Shown piece after piece: positions 39,376 to 48,257 of a stretch of 64,000 bases of DNA (position 1 is the stretch's first letter; each line of letters opens with the position of its first letter). This DNA is from Candidatus Zhuqueibacterota bacterium (GTDB lineage: Bacteria > Zhuqueibacterota > Zhuqueibacteria > Thermofontimicrobiales > Thermofontimicrobiaceae). Location of the stretch: positions 32,001-96,000 of the forward strand of contig JBMOPW010000007.1 of NCBI GenBank assembly GCA_049322915.1. The letters run 5' to 3'. Made by a program: the position numbers and the translations under genes. A model generated the notes under the pieces. The model searched no databases and was not told the origin of the DNA. It saw nothing but the letters and a program-made list of their open reading frames with translations.

Positions 39376-39610
39376 GTTTGTACACCTTTTCAGCCAATTC
39401 CGCGCCGAGTAACATTTCTGCCAGCATGCTGCGGAGTTGTTCGGGCCTCGCTTTGGGATGGCGCTGTCGAATATCGCCAAGCGCCAGCGCCTTGATGGTC
39501 TCGTTCAGGCTGTCCACCATAGCCATCTTTTTCCACGATGGCATGCGTCGAATCAATTCGATTTGCAGGGCTTCCATTTTGGGGTGGGTATCGGAATAGA
39601 GCGCAGTCAT
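39365..39610 (-). CDS. Small hypothetical protein, partner of the downstream NTase
   Basis: 81 aa (SDTHPKMEALQIELIRRMP...GDIRQRHP); overlaps the mod stop (ATGA) and the NTase start. Confidence 0.7.
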   Translation of the reverse strand: MTALYSDTHPKMEALQIELIRRMPSWKKMAMVDSLNETIKALALGDIRQRHPKARPEQLRSMLAEMLLGAELAEKVYKHAR

Positions 39611-40149
39611 AGATGTTCTCCGTAAAATGCCTTATTCAATGCTTTATCTTTCTCACTGACCTTGAACTGCACATCGTCAATCTCCGAAAGATTCACATAC
39701 AACTGATTCTTGTCCAGCAGTTCCGCCAGCAGATGTTTTTGCTTTTCCAGTCCGTTGGGTTCACTGCCCAATGCGATAAAGTCGTTCATTGCTTCTTCAG
39801 GCATTTCGGGGTTGACGTACCAGTTCAGGAACGAGCCCTCCGCCATCTCGCGCCAGATTTGCAGGAGTTCTTCGCTGGACTTGGCGGCCTGAATGCGCTC
39901 CATGAAGGCTTCGTTGTATTTCATCAGTTCGCCGTAGATGAAATCGCCGCCGCCCTGCCAATTGACGGATTTGGAGATGCCGCCCTGTTCGCCCGCGATG
40001 ACTTTCTTCAAGCGTTCAACAGGAATGGTTTCAATGTAGTCCATCTGCTCAATGCCGATATATTGCCTGCCCATTTTGTGGGCAACTGCAGTTGTAGACC
40101 CAGACCCCGTGCAAAAATCCAAAACCAAATCATTCTCGATTGTAGAAAT
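39607..40149 (-). pseudogene. Type III R-M methyltransferase (Mod), C-terminal fragment
   Basis: ISTIENDLVLDFCTGSGSTTAVAHKMGRQYIGIEQMDY...GEQGGISKSVNWQGGGDF. No N-terminal DPPY region; upstream lie a MITE and a divergent gene. Confidence 0.85.
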
Positions 40150-40174
40150 GCGGACGCGTTGCTGCTGCCACAAA

Positions 40175-40315
40175 GTAACCGCTCGCAGGTTCATCGTTCA
40201 AGGTTAATGATAACGTACAGTTGATAACGGACTCGTTGAGCATACAAAATGTTTCGCGCAACCAAATCCAAAACCCCAACCGGGAACGCTGAACCCGGAA
40301 CCTGTGAACGGTTAC
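40175..40315. mobile_element. MITE, short form (141 bp), copy 2
   Basis: GTAACCGCTCGCAGGTTC / GAACCTGTGAACGGTTAC ends; 8-bp direct repeat GCCACAAA at 40167-40174 and 40316-40323. Confidence 0.88.
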
Positions 40316-40431
40316 GCCACAAATATAGTAAATGAGAATAAAAGAATCAATTAATTACTTGAAATATTTTAAAAATTTTCTTAAGTTGGGCGAGTTGGAG
40401 AATCATCGAAACGTACCGGGAAAGGGAAGTA

Positions 40432-41646
40432 ATGTCCGAACGAGTTCATATCACTATCATCGGCGCCGGGGTGGTCGGTTGCGCCATTGCCTACCAGCTA
40501 TCCAAAATTTACAACGACGTCATCGTGGTGGAGAAAAATCCGAAAGTGACGGCGGAGAATCAGTCCTCGCGGAATTCCGGCGTGGTTCACGCCGGGGTCT
40601 ATTATCCCAGAGACCTGGGTCGGCTGAAAGGCGAACTGTGCGTGAAAGGAAATGGCATGCTCTACGATTTCTGCCGCGAATTCGATGTGCCCATTCACCA
40701 GACCGGCAAGCTGATCGTTGCCACAAAGGAACAGGAGATCGATTTTTTGGAGGATACGCTTCGCATTGCCAGGGAAAACATGGTGCCCGGAGCGCGGCGC
40801 ATTTCAGCGGACGAGGCGAAGAAAATGGAGCCCAATATCCGCTGCCTCAGCGCGGCCTTTTTCCCAACGTCGGGAATCGTGGAGGTCACGCAATTGGTCT
40901 ATCGGCTGTTCACGCTGGCGACCAACCAGGAAGCGTTCTTCCTCACCAACACCCGGGTCGTGGCCATCAAGCCCCGGGACAGTTATTTCGAAATACAGAC
41001 AGAAGCGGGCCAGGCGACAGAGATTTTTGAGACGGATATTTTGATCAATTCTGCAGGACTGTACTCCGATGAGATCGCGAAAAAAGTGAATCCTGACTGT
41101 CGTTTCGAAATCAATCCCATTCGCGGCGAGGCGGTGAAATTTCTCAAAACGAGGCGAGCGGATATTTTTCATCATGGCCTCAATATTTATCCGGTGCCGC
41201 ATCCCATTTACCCGGACGGAACAAAAGCTGAGGTGTCGTTTCAGGAATTTCAACGGCTCTTTCACAGCAAACAAGTGCTGAAAACAGTCGGGGTGCATGT
41301 GACGCCGACCTTCGACATCAGCGACGGTCGCTATGAAATTGGCAACACCGTGACTATCGGCCCGGCCACGAAAGGCGTCCTCGACAGAGAGGACAATGCG
41401 TCGGATCTGCTGCCGCCGGAATTGTACCTGAATCGGGTGCAGTCTTTTTTCCCCAACCTTCGGCTGGATGATATTTCCCTGCATCAGGCCGGGGTGCAGG
41501 CGAAATTGAAGAACTATTTCGACTGGGTCATTGAACCGGATGAAAAACATCCCCGGTGCATTCAACTCATTGGAATCGATTCGCCCGGTCTGACAAGCTG
41601 CCTGGCCATTGCCAACTATGTGGCGGATTTGGTCGCTGCCATGTGA
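40432..41646 (+). CDS. FAD-dependent oxidoreductase, L-2-hydroxyglutarate oxidase/DAO family
   Basis: IIGAGVVGCAIA, QSSRNSGVVHAGVYY, INSAGLYSD, GVHVTP, GIDSPGLTS. Confidence 0.85.
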   Translation: MSERVHITIIGAGVVGCAIAYQLSKIYNDVIVVEKNPKVTAENQSSRNSGVVHAGVYYPRDLGRLKGELCVKGNGMLYDFCREFDVPIHQTGKLIVATKEQEIDFLEDTLRIARENMVPGARRISADEAKKMEPNIRCLSAAFFPTSGIVEVTQLVYRLFTLATNQEAFFLTNTRVVAIKPRDSYFEIQTEAGQATEIFETDILINSAGLYSDEIAKKVNPDCRFEINPIRGEAVKFLKTRRADIFHHGLNIYPVPHPIYPDGTKAEVSFQEFQRLFHSKQVLKTVGVHVTPTFDISDGRYEIGNTVTIGPATKGVLDREDNASDLLPPELYLNRVQSFFPNLRLDDISLHQAGVQAKLKNYFDWVIEPDEKHPRCIQLIGIDSPGLTSCLAIANYVADLVAAM

Positions 41647-41697
41647 GCCGCGCCTTCGCCGCCGGGAGCCATGACGCGAATTTCACCGGCGCCGGCA

Positions 41698-42858
41698 TCA
41701 GAACGGCAATGTCGCCTTTTGGTGGTAATACGATTCGAGGAGCTTCTTCGACAGAGCGTCGTCATTCTTCCGAAGTCCTTCATAAAAGAAAAATACCTCT
41801 CCGCAATAGCCCTTCTCCCTGTTGTAGGCCAATTTCTGCATGAGCAATTCTTCGCTGATGGTGTAATCGCCGACATTCATCAAAATGCCGGGGAAGATAA
41901 TTTTGTCGCCGGGCTGAGTCGCCAACTCCGCTGGTATCAGTGTATTCACAGTCGATTTGTAGTCAGCGAGATTGTAGCGGTAGCACTGGGGAATCACGAT
42001 GTCGGCGTCGCCATTCTGCAGCCAGGCTGGCCAGTCCTGCAGATATTCATCATAACACCACGGGTAAATGGAGGGCGCCCAGGAGATGATGAGATTCGAT
42101 TTGAGCGCGTTCACTTCAGCGTACAGGCGATGGGCGAATTGACTCAGTCTGTCCGCGCGCCAGCGCTGCCAGGCCGGATCTCTGAAATCATCCGGCGGAG
42201 CTGCGCCATTGTGCTCCGCGCGGAACAGGCTGTCGGTATGGGCTGAGTAGCCGCCTTCAATGGGCTGGGCCGGCAGCCGGTCGTCGCCCTGCACGCCATC
42301 CACGTCGTAATGGCTGGCCACCTCCTTCACCAGAGATAACAGGAATTGCTGCACCTCGGCGTGATAGCCATTCATCCACTCGAATCCATTTTTGGTGAGC
42401 AATCCACCGCGGCTATCCGCTGCTGCCCAATGTGGCTTCGCCTTCAGAATGTCCCCGCCGTTTTTTTGATAGGATGCGGCGAAACCGTATTCGAACCAGG
42501 GAATGACGGCGATGCCCCGCTGATGCGCTTCTTCGATCACCTCCTGCAACGGATCGCGGCCGGCATAACGGGGATCGATGGGCAGGCCGAAGAGGCTGTC
42601 CATCACCTGACTGGGAAAGAGAGTTACAGCGTCGTTCCACACCACAGGGAACACGGCGTTAAAATGGTGATCAGCCAAAAATTGCATGGCCGCGCGAATC
42701 GATTCCCGCGAGTCCAGCACGCGACTGTCGACGTTGGTGAGCCAGATGCCGCGCAGTTCTTCGGGGGCCGGCTCGTCGGTTGCGGGGGCGTCGGCGTTCG
42801 GGCATGACGTGAACAGCCACAGCATCGGGAGAAGAGCAAGCATTATCGTCTTTTTCAA
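41698..42858 (-). CDS. Glycosyl hydrolase-like 10 (GHL10/DUF187, YddW/DigH family) lipoprotein
   Basis: ELRGIWLTNVDS, DPLQEVIEEAHQRG..VIPWFEYG, YDVDGVQGDD, LQDWPAW, PQCY. TTG start with AGGA RBS; lipobox FTSC. Confidence 0.85.
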   Translation of the reverse strand: MKKTIMLALLPMLWLFTSCPNADAPATDEPAPEELRGIWLTNVDSRVLDSRESIRAAMQFLADHHFNAVFPVVWNDAVTLFPSQVMDSLFGLPIDPRYAGRDPLQEVIEEAHQRGIAVIPWFEYGFAASYQKNGGDILKAKPHWAAADSRGGLLTKNGFEWMNGYHAEVQQFLLSLVKEVASHYDVDGVQGDDRLPAQPIEGGYSAHTDSLFRAEHNGAAPPDDFRDPAWQRWRADRLSQFAHRLYAEVNALKSNLIISWAPSIYPWCYDEYLQDWPAWLQNGDADIVIPQCYRYNLADYKSTVNTLIPAELATQPGDKIIFPGILMNVGDYTISEELLMQKLAYNREKGYCGEVFFFYEGLRKNDDALSKKLLESYYHQKATLPF

Positions 42859-42904
42859 ATCGAAAATCCTTTCTGTTTGAGTCACACTGGCTTGATTCGT
42901 TGCC

Positions 42905-44728
42905 TCACAGCCCAACCGGCAGCCGGTGAAATGGGTCGAAAATCCAATCGATCAGCAGGGCAACATCCTTCCGCCGGATGCTGTCCTCCGGCCGGAATGC
43001 CCGGCGATGGCGGTATTCCCGGAACCAGGACAGTCCTTCGAAACAGGTCTGCCATCGGGCGCTATCCTCGCTGTCGGACAATTTTTCGGGATGGAGATGA
43101 AGGAAGATCAGCGCAAATGCGCCGTCGAACGTCAATTCCGCAGGCAGCGATGGGAACTCATGGGGAAACGGCAGGTTTTGCTGCGAAGCCAGGTTCAACG
43201 CTGACCACACCTCCTGGCCGGTCATCGGCGTTTCCGGATGGAATCGCATTTCATTGGCCCAGTCTTTGGAAATGAGTTGCCCCTGCAGAATACCGCACAG
43301 CCCGATGCGCTGCACCGATTGGAACTCCGGCGCATCCGGCGGGACGTCGCAAAACGGCATGAGCCAGCAACCGGCGTCCAGCAGCGTCTGCTGCAATTGC
43401 CGGACATTCAGCGCCCGCGGCTGAACCCGTTCCCGGATGCACAGCGCGGCGCACGCGCCGGCGGCCTGACCGATTTGCATCACCACCGGCTGCAATCGCG
43501 TGCAGCCATTCACGAGATGGGTGACGGAGATGCTTTTCTCGGCGATGACAAGCCCATCCACCGAGGCCGGGATCAGGCAGCCAAACGGCACGTTGAATGC
43601 CGGGATGTCGGGAAAATTTTCGGTGACCCTGCGGGGCGCTTTTTTATGATGATGATCCAGCGGATAGTCTCCCACTGCAATTCCAGTCTTGTAGGCTTCG
43701 AACTGATACGGGGCAACGAGCTCGCGCGTGGTCAGCCGGCGAATCCCTTTCACCCGCCTGCTCTCGCGATGATACGGGATGAGCGGCAGACGATCGGGCG
43801 TGGGGAATTCATCGTCGGCCAGGCCAAGCCGGGTCCTTCCCAGTTCTGTCTGGAGAAAATAGACGCAGCCCAGCGTGAATTGCTTGGCTTTTTCCAGTTC
43901 GGCGATTCGCTCCGGCCGACTCATTTCGATGATGTTCAAATAAAAGTCATTGCCGGAATTGGGCCAGTTGAGCATGTATTTGTCCCCGGGCAAACGGCCG
44001 TAGTTGAGCATGGTCTGGCAATCGACGCCGGCCTGCTGCGAATCGCTCGCCTCGCGGCAGATGCCCGTGTAATGCTTCGGATCGTAGCGGGCAGGCCGGG
44101 GAAGAGTCAAATCCGCGCCAGGGCCGAAGTCCTTCAAAATGGCCACATAGGTCAGATCCTGAATGAAATCGTCCGCCTGTTCCGGCGCTTCCGGCTCGCC
44201 AGTGTCTTTTTGGGCGTCGCGTCCCAGATCGTAGTCGCAGCCGGCCAGCGCCAGAATATCACCGCATTCCGTGGCGTCGATGGTGATCGTCGCATTGACA
44301 ATGATTCGGTCGCCGGTCTGATTTTCAAAAATCGCGCCGCGGACTGTCTCGTCCTCTTTCAAAATAGCCTTCGGAAAAAAACCGAAATGGAGCGAGATGG
44401 CCGGATGAGCGCGGGCCATGTCTTCCAAAATGGCGCGGCCCACATGCGGTTCAAAAAGCGTGTGACTCACCCAGCCGGTGGCCAGGGCCTCCGGCCCCCC
44501 ATAATGGGCGTACAGCGCCTCCCTGAATTCGCCCCACAGTCCGGAAGGCAGCTTATGGTTGCCGTCGATGGCGCTCACCCCGGCTGAGGTGAGCATGCCT
44601 CCCAACCACGGCGTTTCTTCCATCAAAACGACGGTGACGCCGGATCGCGCCGCCTGAATGGCCGCGCAGACACCGCTGGCGCCGCCGCCGGCGACCAGCA
44701 CATCTGTTTTCAAGTCCATCGGTTTCAT
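42905..44728 (-). CDS. FAD-dependent oxidoreductase (FAD_oxidored family)
   Basis: DVLVAGGGASGVCAAIQAAR, WLGGMLTSAGVSAIDG, IDATECGD, PYHRESRR, GDYPLDHH, EKSISVTH.VNGCTRLQP. Start likely ATG 44728 or 44719. Confidence 0.85.
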   Translation of the reverse strand: MKPMDLKTDVLVAGGGASGVCAAIQAARSGVTVVLMEETPWLGGMLTSAGVSAIDGNHKLPSGLWGEFREALYAHYGGPEALATGWVSHTLFEPHVGRAILEDMARAHPAISLHFGFFPKAILKEDETVRGAIFENQTGDRIIVNATITIDATECGDILALAGCDYDLGRDAQKDTGEPEAPEQADDFIQDLTYVAILKDFGPGADLTLPRPARYDPKHYTGICREASDSQQAGVDCQTMLNYGRLPGDKYMLNWPNSGNDFYLNIIEMSRPERIAELEKAKQFTLGCVYFLQTELGRTRLGLADDEFPTPDRLPLIPYHRESRRVKGIRRLTTRELVAPYQFEAYKTGIAVGDYPLDHHHKKAPRRVTENFPDIPAFNVPFGCLIPASVDGLVIAEKSISVTHLVNGCTRLQPVVMQIGQAAGACAALCIRERVQPRALNVRQLQQTLLDAGCWLMPFCDVPPDAPEFQSVQRIGLCGILQGQLISKDWANEMRFHPETPMTGQEVWSALNLASQQNLPFPHEFPSLPAELTFDGAFALIFLHLHPEKLSDSEDSARWQTCFEGLSWFREYRHRRAFRPEDSIRRKDVALLIDWIFDPFHRLPVGL

Positions 44729-44900
44729 CTCAAAAGAATTATACTTGAATTTTTTGATTAAACAACTTATATTTGGAAGTGAATTTTTCAATGCCAATCC
44801 ATCGCGCGGATGCGCCGGGATTCCCGGACCCGACGCCGAAAGTGCACCGCGTAAATTAAGGATTTCCGGCATAAAAATCAAAAGAAAAATCAAGGTGTGG

Positions 44901-46214
44901 ATGAGACATTCAGATTTACTTCGAATCCCATGGCTTGTCTGGACGCTGCTGATGTTCGCGTGCAGTCCGCCGGTCAGACATTTCTCTCTCAATGATTTCT
45001 GCTCTCCTCAATGCATCAAAGACAATCGTGAAAAATTCGAGCGTGATTTAATCAGCGACACGATTCACCCGAATCTGTCCCTGCCACTGAATGCGGAGAA
45101 CGAGCCGCAGTGGGAGTCGGCGTTCTGGGCGATGGAGCTCATGCTGTACCGATCCGACAGCCTCAAAGAGCGGCTGCGGATGGGATTGGCTGATTTTGAA
45201 AACCGCTCCGATTCGTTCCGGCGCGCCATTTTGGAAGCAGCGTATTGCCTGTATCCTGCTGATTTTTCCGCTGAAATGGAAGCGATCGCCCGGCAGACCC
45301 GGCATCCCAAACTGTTTGCCATGGCCGCGCTGTACGTCACGCGGAATGCCCCGGCTCGTACATCCGAGTTCGAACGTCTGCTGAAAACGCAATTCCCTGA
45401 TCAACTCGACCATCCCATTATTTCGCGATTGCAGCGCTCGCTCGCAGCGACGGCGCCGGACAACGTCGCGGAGCGACCACCGCTGTCGGAACTGCTGCGC
45501 CATTCGTTCGTCGTCGGAAAGCCGGTCATTTTCAGCATGCAGCGACAGAACCGGGATTATCCGGGCTTGGTCATCATAAAGAAAGCGGACGGGGCATTTG
45601 TGCGAAATGCGGATGGCGCTATTTTTCACGTGTCCCAGCTTGCCCGCTCCATCTCCAACCTGCCGGGCTACATCACCAATGGCAGCACGCCGCAGGGCGT
45701 CTTTTCAATTCAGGGGATCGGCCAGTCCGACAATGATTTCATCGGCCCTTCGCCCAACATCCAATTAGTCATGCCGTGGGAAGCGCCGGTGAGCCAGTAC
45801 TTCCACGGCAACGCTGGCTTGGGTTCTGCCTGGTCCCGGGATATTTACCAGGGTCTGCTACCTGATTCCTGGAAGGAATACGCGCCCATTTACGAGGCGT
45901 TCGACGCCGGTGCGGCAGGTCGGACCGAAATCATCGCCCATGGTACGACGATCAATCCGGAATTTTACAGAGGCCTGCCCTGGTTTCCCAATACTCCCTC
46001 CCTGGGCTGTCTGACAGCCCTGGAATTCTGGTCGGCTGAGACCGGGCGCACTATTTACAGCGATCAGATTGCGCTCGTGAGCGCATTCCTCTCCGCCGGC
46101 AGCGAGACTGGCTTTCTGGTCGTCGTGGAAATTGACGCGCAAAATCGTCCTGTGGCCATCGAAGATGTCATCGTGGACGTCTTGCAGCCTGAACATGCAC
46201 ATCCCGTGTACTGA
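44901..46214 (+). CDS. Lipoprotein with C-terminal YkuD/L,D-transpeptidase-like His-Cys motif
   Basis: Signal peptide ending LMFAC; TPQGVFSI and IIAHG-x18-SLGCL. Confidence 0.55.
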   Translation: MRHSDLLRIPWLVWTLLMFACSPPVRHFSLNDFCSPQCIKDNREKFERDLISDTIHPNLSLPLNAENEPQWESAFWAMELMLYRSDSLKERLRMGLADFENRSDSFRRAILEAAYCLYPADFSAEMEAIARQTRHPKLFAMAALYVTRNAPARTSEFERLLKTQFPDQLDHPIISRLQRSLAATAPDNVAERPPLSELLRHSFVVGKPVIFSMQRQNRDYPGLVIIKKADGAFVRNADGAIFHVSQLARSISNLPGYITNGSTPQGVFSIQGIGQSDNDFIGPSPNIQLVMPWEAPVSQYFHGNAGLGSAWSRDIYQGLLPDSWKEYAPIYEAFDAGAAGRTEIIAHGTTINPEFYRGLPWFPNTPSLGCLTALEFWSAETGRTIYSDQIALVSAFLSAGSETGFLVVVEIDAQNRPVAIEDVIVDVLQPEHAHPVY

Positions 46215-46224
46215 GGTGAACCCA

Positions 46225-47706
46225 ATGATCGAGACGATTCAGATAATTCTGCTCCTCATCCTGTTTCTTGTCATGGCGCTGTCCATGTTCTTCCGAAAAA
46301 TTCCCGCCCTCATTGCGCTGCCACTGATGGCGTTCTTCATCCCGATCATCAGCGGCGTTTCGCTGAACGATACCATTCAGCTCGTCGTTGGTCAGGGTTC
46401 GCTGAAACTGCACAACGCCTACACCGTGGCGCTGTTCGGGAGTATGTTGAGCATCTTGCTGCAGAAGACGAAAGTCGCGGATAACTTCATCAAAAAAGGC
46501 GCGGAGCTGGCCGGGGACAATCCCTGGATCATCGCGGTGATTTTGCTTTCACTCATCATGCTGCTGTTCACCACTCTGGGCGGGCTCGGCGCGATCATCA
46601 TGGTGGCCACGGTGGTGCTGCCCATCATGTCATCCGTGGGCATGAGTCCCAAAACCGTGGTCGGGATTTTTTTGATCGGATTGAGCATGGGCGGAATTTT
46701 GAACGCCGGCAACTGGGCGGTGTACGTCGATGTGATGGGCCTGTCGCTGAGCCAGGTGCGGCCGTTTGCGCTCATCATGTTTGGCATCACCTATGTGATG
46801 GCGCTGATTTACATCACTGTCCAGCTTTATCGCGACGGCCAGGATTTGAAGCTGAAGAAAATTTTGGGGTACAGTCTGAGCGGCATCGCCGGGATCGTCA
46901 TGCTGGCTCTGGCCTATTCGCATCTCAGTCCCGAGATTCGGTTGGTTCTGCAACAGGCGCTTCGGGTGATGGGACGCGCGCTCAAAATCGGCATCGGGGC
47001 CGGTATGGCATTCCTCTTCGTTTACAGTGGCCTCAAAACTGTGGCGCTCAAATCCGTGCCGGAGAAGGACATCCTTTGGACGGCCTATTTCTCGCCGGTC
47101 ATCCCTCTGTTTTTAATTTTAATTTTCAATATGAATTTCATCGCCGCATTCATCTGCGGCTTGCTGTTTGGCTTTGTGGCCACCTTTCGCTCCGGACGGT
47201 TGAACGTGCTCGTCCAGTCCATTCTGGAGGGCGGCGCAGTCGTCATGCCGGCTGTGGCGTTGATGCTGGGAATCGGGATGCTGCTGAATGCCATCATGGG
47301 CCCGGGCGGCGACTGGAACCAATCCCACCCGGCCGGCTGGCCGGTGCTCAATTTGCTTCAGCCGCTGCTGGCGCATATCATCCCGTCGAATGGGTTGATG
47401 TACATTGTGATATTCGGACTCGCTTCGCCGTTGGCCCTGTACCGCGGGCCATTGAATGTCTGGGGAATGGGCTATGGCCTGGCCGCGGTGTTTTTGGCCA
47501 GCGGCATGGTTCCCGGCGCGGTGATGGGATTGCTGATGGCCGTGGGTCAGGTGCAGGGAATCTGCGATCCCACCAATACGCACAATGTCTGGCTCGCCAA
47601 TGAAATGCAGGTGGATGTTCAAAAAGTGCTGTGGAATGCCATCCCCTATGCCTGGGCTGTGGCCGTGACCGGGCTGATATTTTCAGCATTGCTTTTTTAC
47701 TCGTGA
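46225..47706 (+). CDS. Ion-transporter (IT) superfamily permease (CitM/GntP-like)
   Basis: About 12-13 hydrophobic segments; PLALYRGPLNVWGMG, DPTNTHNVW. Confidence 0.7.
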   Translation: MIETIQIILLLILFLVMALSMFFRKIPALIALPLMAFFIPIISGVSLNDTIQLVVGQGSLKLHNAYTVALFGSMLSILLQKTKVADNFIKKGAELAGDNPWIIAVILLSLIMLLFTTLGGLGAIIMVATVVLPIMSSVGMSPKTVVGIFLIGLSMGGILNAGNWAVYVDVMGLSLSQVRPFALIMFGITYVMALIYITVQLYRDGQDLKLKKILGYSLSGIAGIVMLALAYSHLSPEIRLVLQQALRVMGRALKIGIGAGMAFLFVYSGLKTVALKSVPEKDILWTAYFSPVIPLFLILIFNMNFIAAFICGLLFGFVATFRSGRLNVLVQSILEGGAVVMPAVALMLGIGMLLNAIMGPGGDWNQSHPAGWPVLNLLQPLLAHIIPSNGLMYIVIFGLASPLALYRGPLNVWGMGYGLAAVFLASGMVPGAVMGLLMAVGQVQGICDPTNTHNVWLANEMQVDVQKVLWNAIPYAWAVAVTGLIFSALLFYS

Positions 47707-47811
47707 GCCCTGTCCGGCGAAACGGATGCGGGCGATTTTCCCGGCACGATTGGCAGTTTTTGCGCACCAAGATTCATCGAGTATCAACGAACCTAATTTA
47801 ATATGAGAAAC

Positions 47812-48127
47812 GTCATTGCTCAGGTTTCAGGTTTAAAGGTTTCAGGTTCCGGGTTAAAAAATTTTCGTCGCTATTCAGGCATATAGTCTTGCCACGAAGT
47901 CGCCAAACCACCAAGTGACACGAAGATGTCATATTATTCATTCGTATTTGGTGAGATTCAATTTTTCTTAAACTAAGTTCAGCTTTTCAGAATCGATAAT
48001 TTTGATGTATCTTTTTTTTCGTGCCTTTGAGACTTGGTGGCTGAACAGATACGAATAGTCATTTACAAAATATACATAATGAAATGATTCTAACCTTGAA
48101 CCCTGAACCAGCCAACCTGAGAGTTAC
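47812..48127. mobile_element. MITE, long form (316 bp), copy 2
   Basis: GTCATTGCTCAGG / CCTGAGAGTTAC ends; flanks TGAGAAAC (47804-47811) and CGAGAAAC (48128-48135); collinear with 11296-11603. Confidence 0.82.
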
Positions 48128-48257
48128 CGAGAAACATAAAATCAAGGTGAATCGTCTTTGTTTTTGAAACCGAAAGCCAGTCGCCAATAGCCAATCGCGA
48201 ATTCACGTTTCTTGAAAGTTACGTTCTTTCTGGATAAAAGACAAGCGCAGCGATCTC

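Noticed and set aside
40150..40194. ORF-track N-terminus of the Mod fragment (MNLRAVTLWQQQ)
   Set aside because: The ATG lies inside the MITE and the residues are not Mod-like.
44658..44992. Apparent head-to-head overlap of the FAD oxidoreductase and lipoprotein ORFs
   Set aside because: Likely starts are 44728 (-) and 44901 (+), leaving a normal divergent intergenic region.
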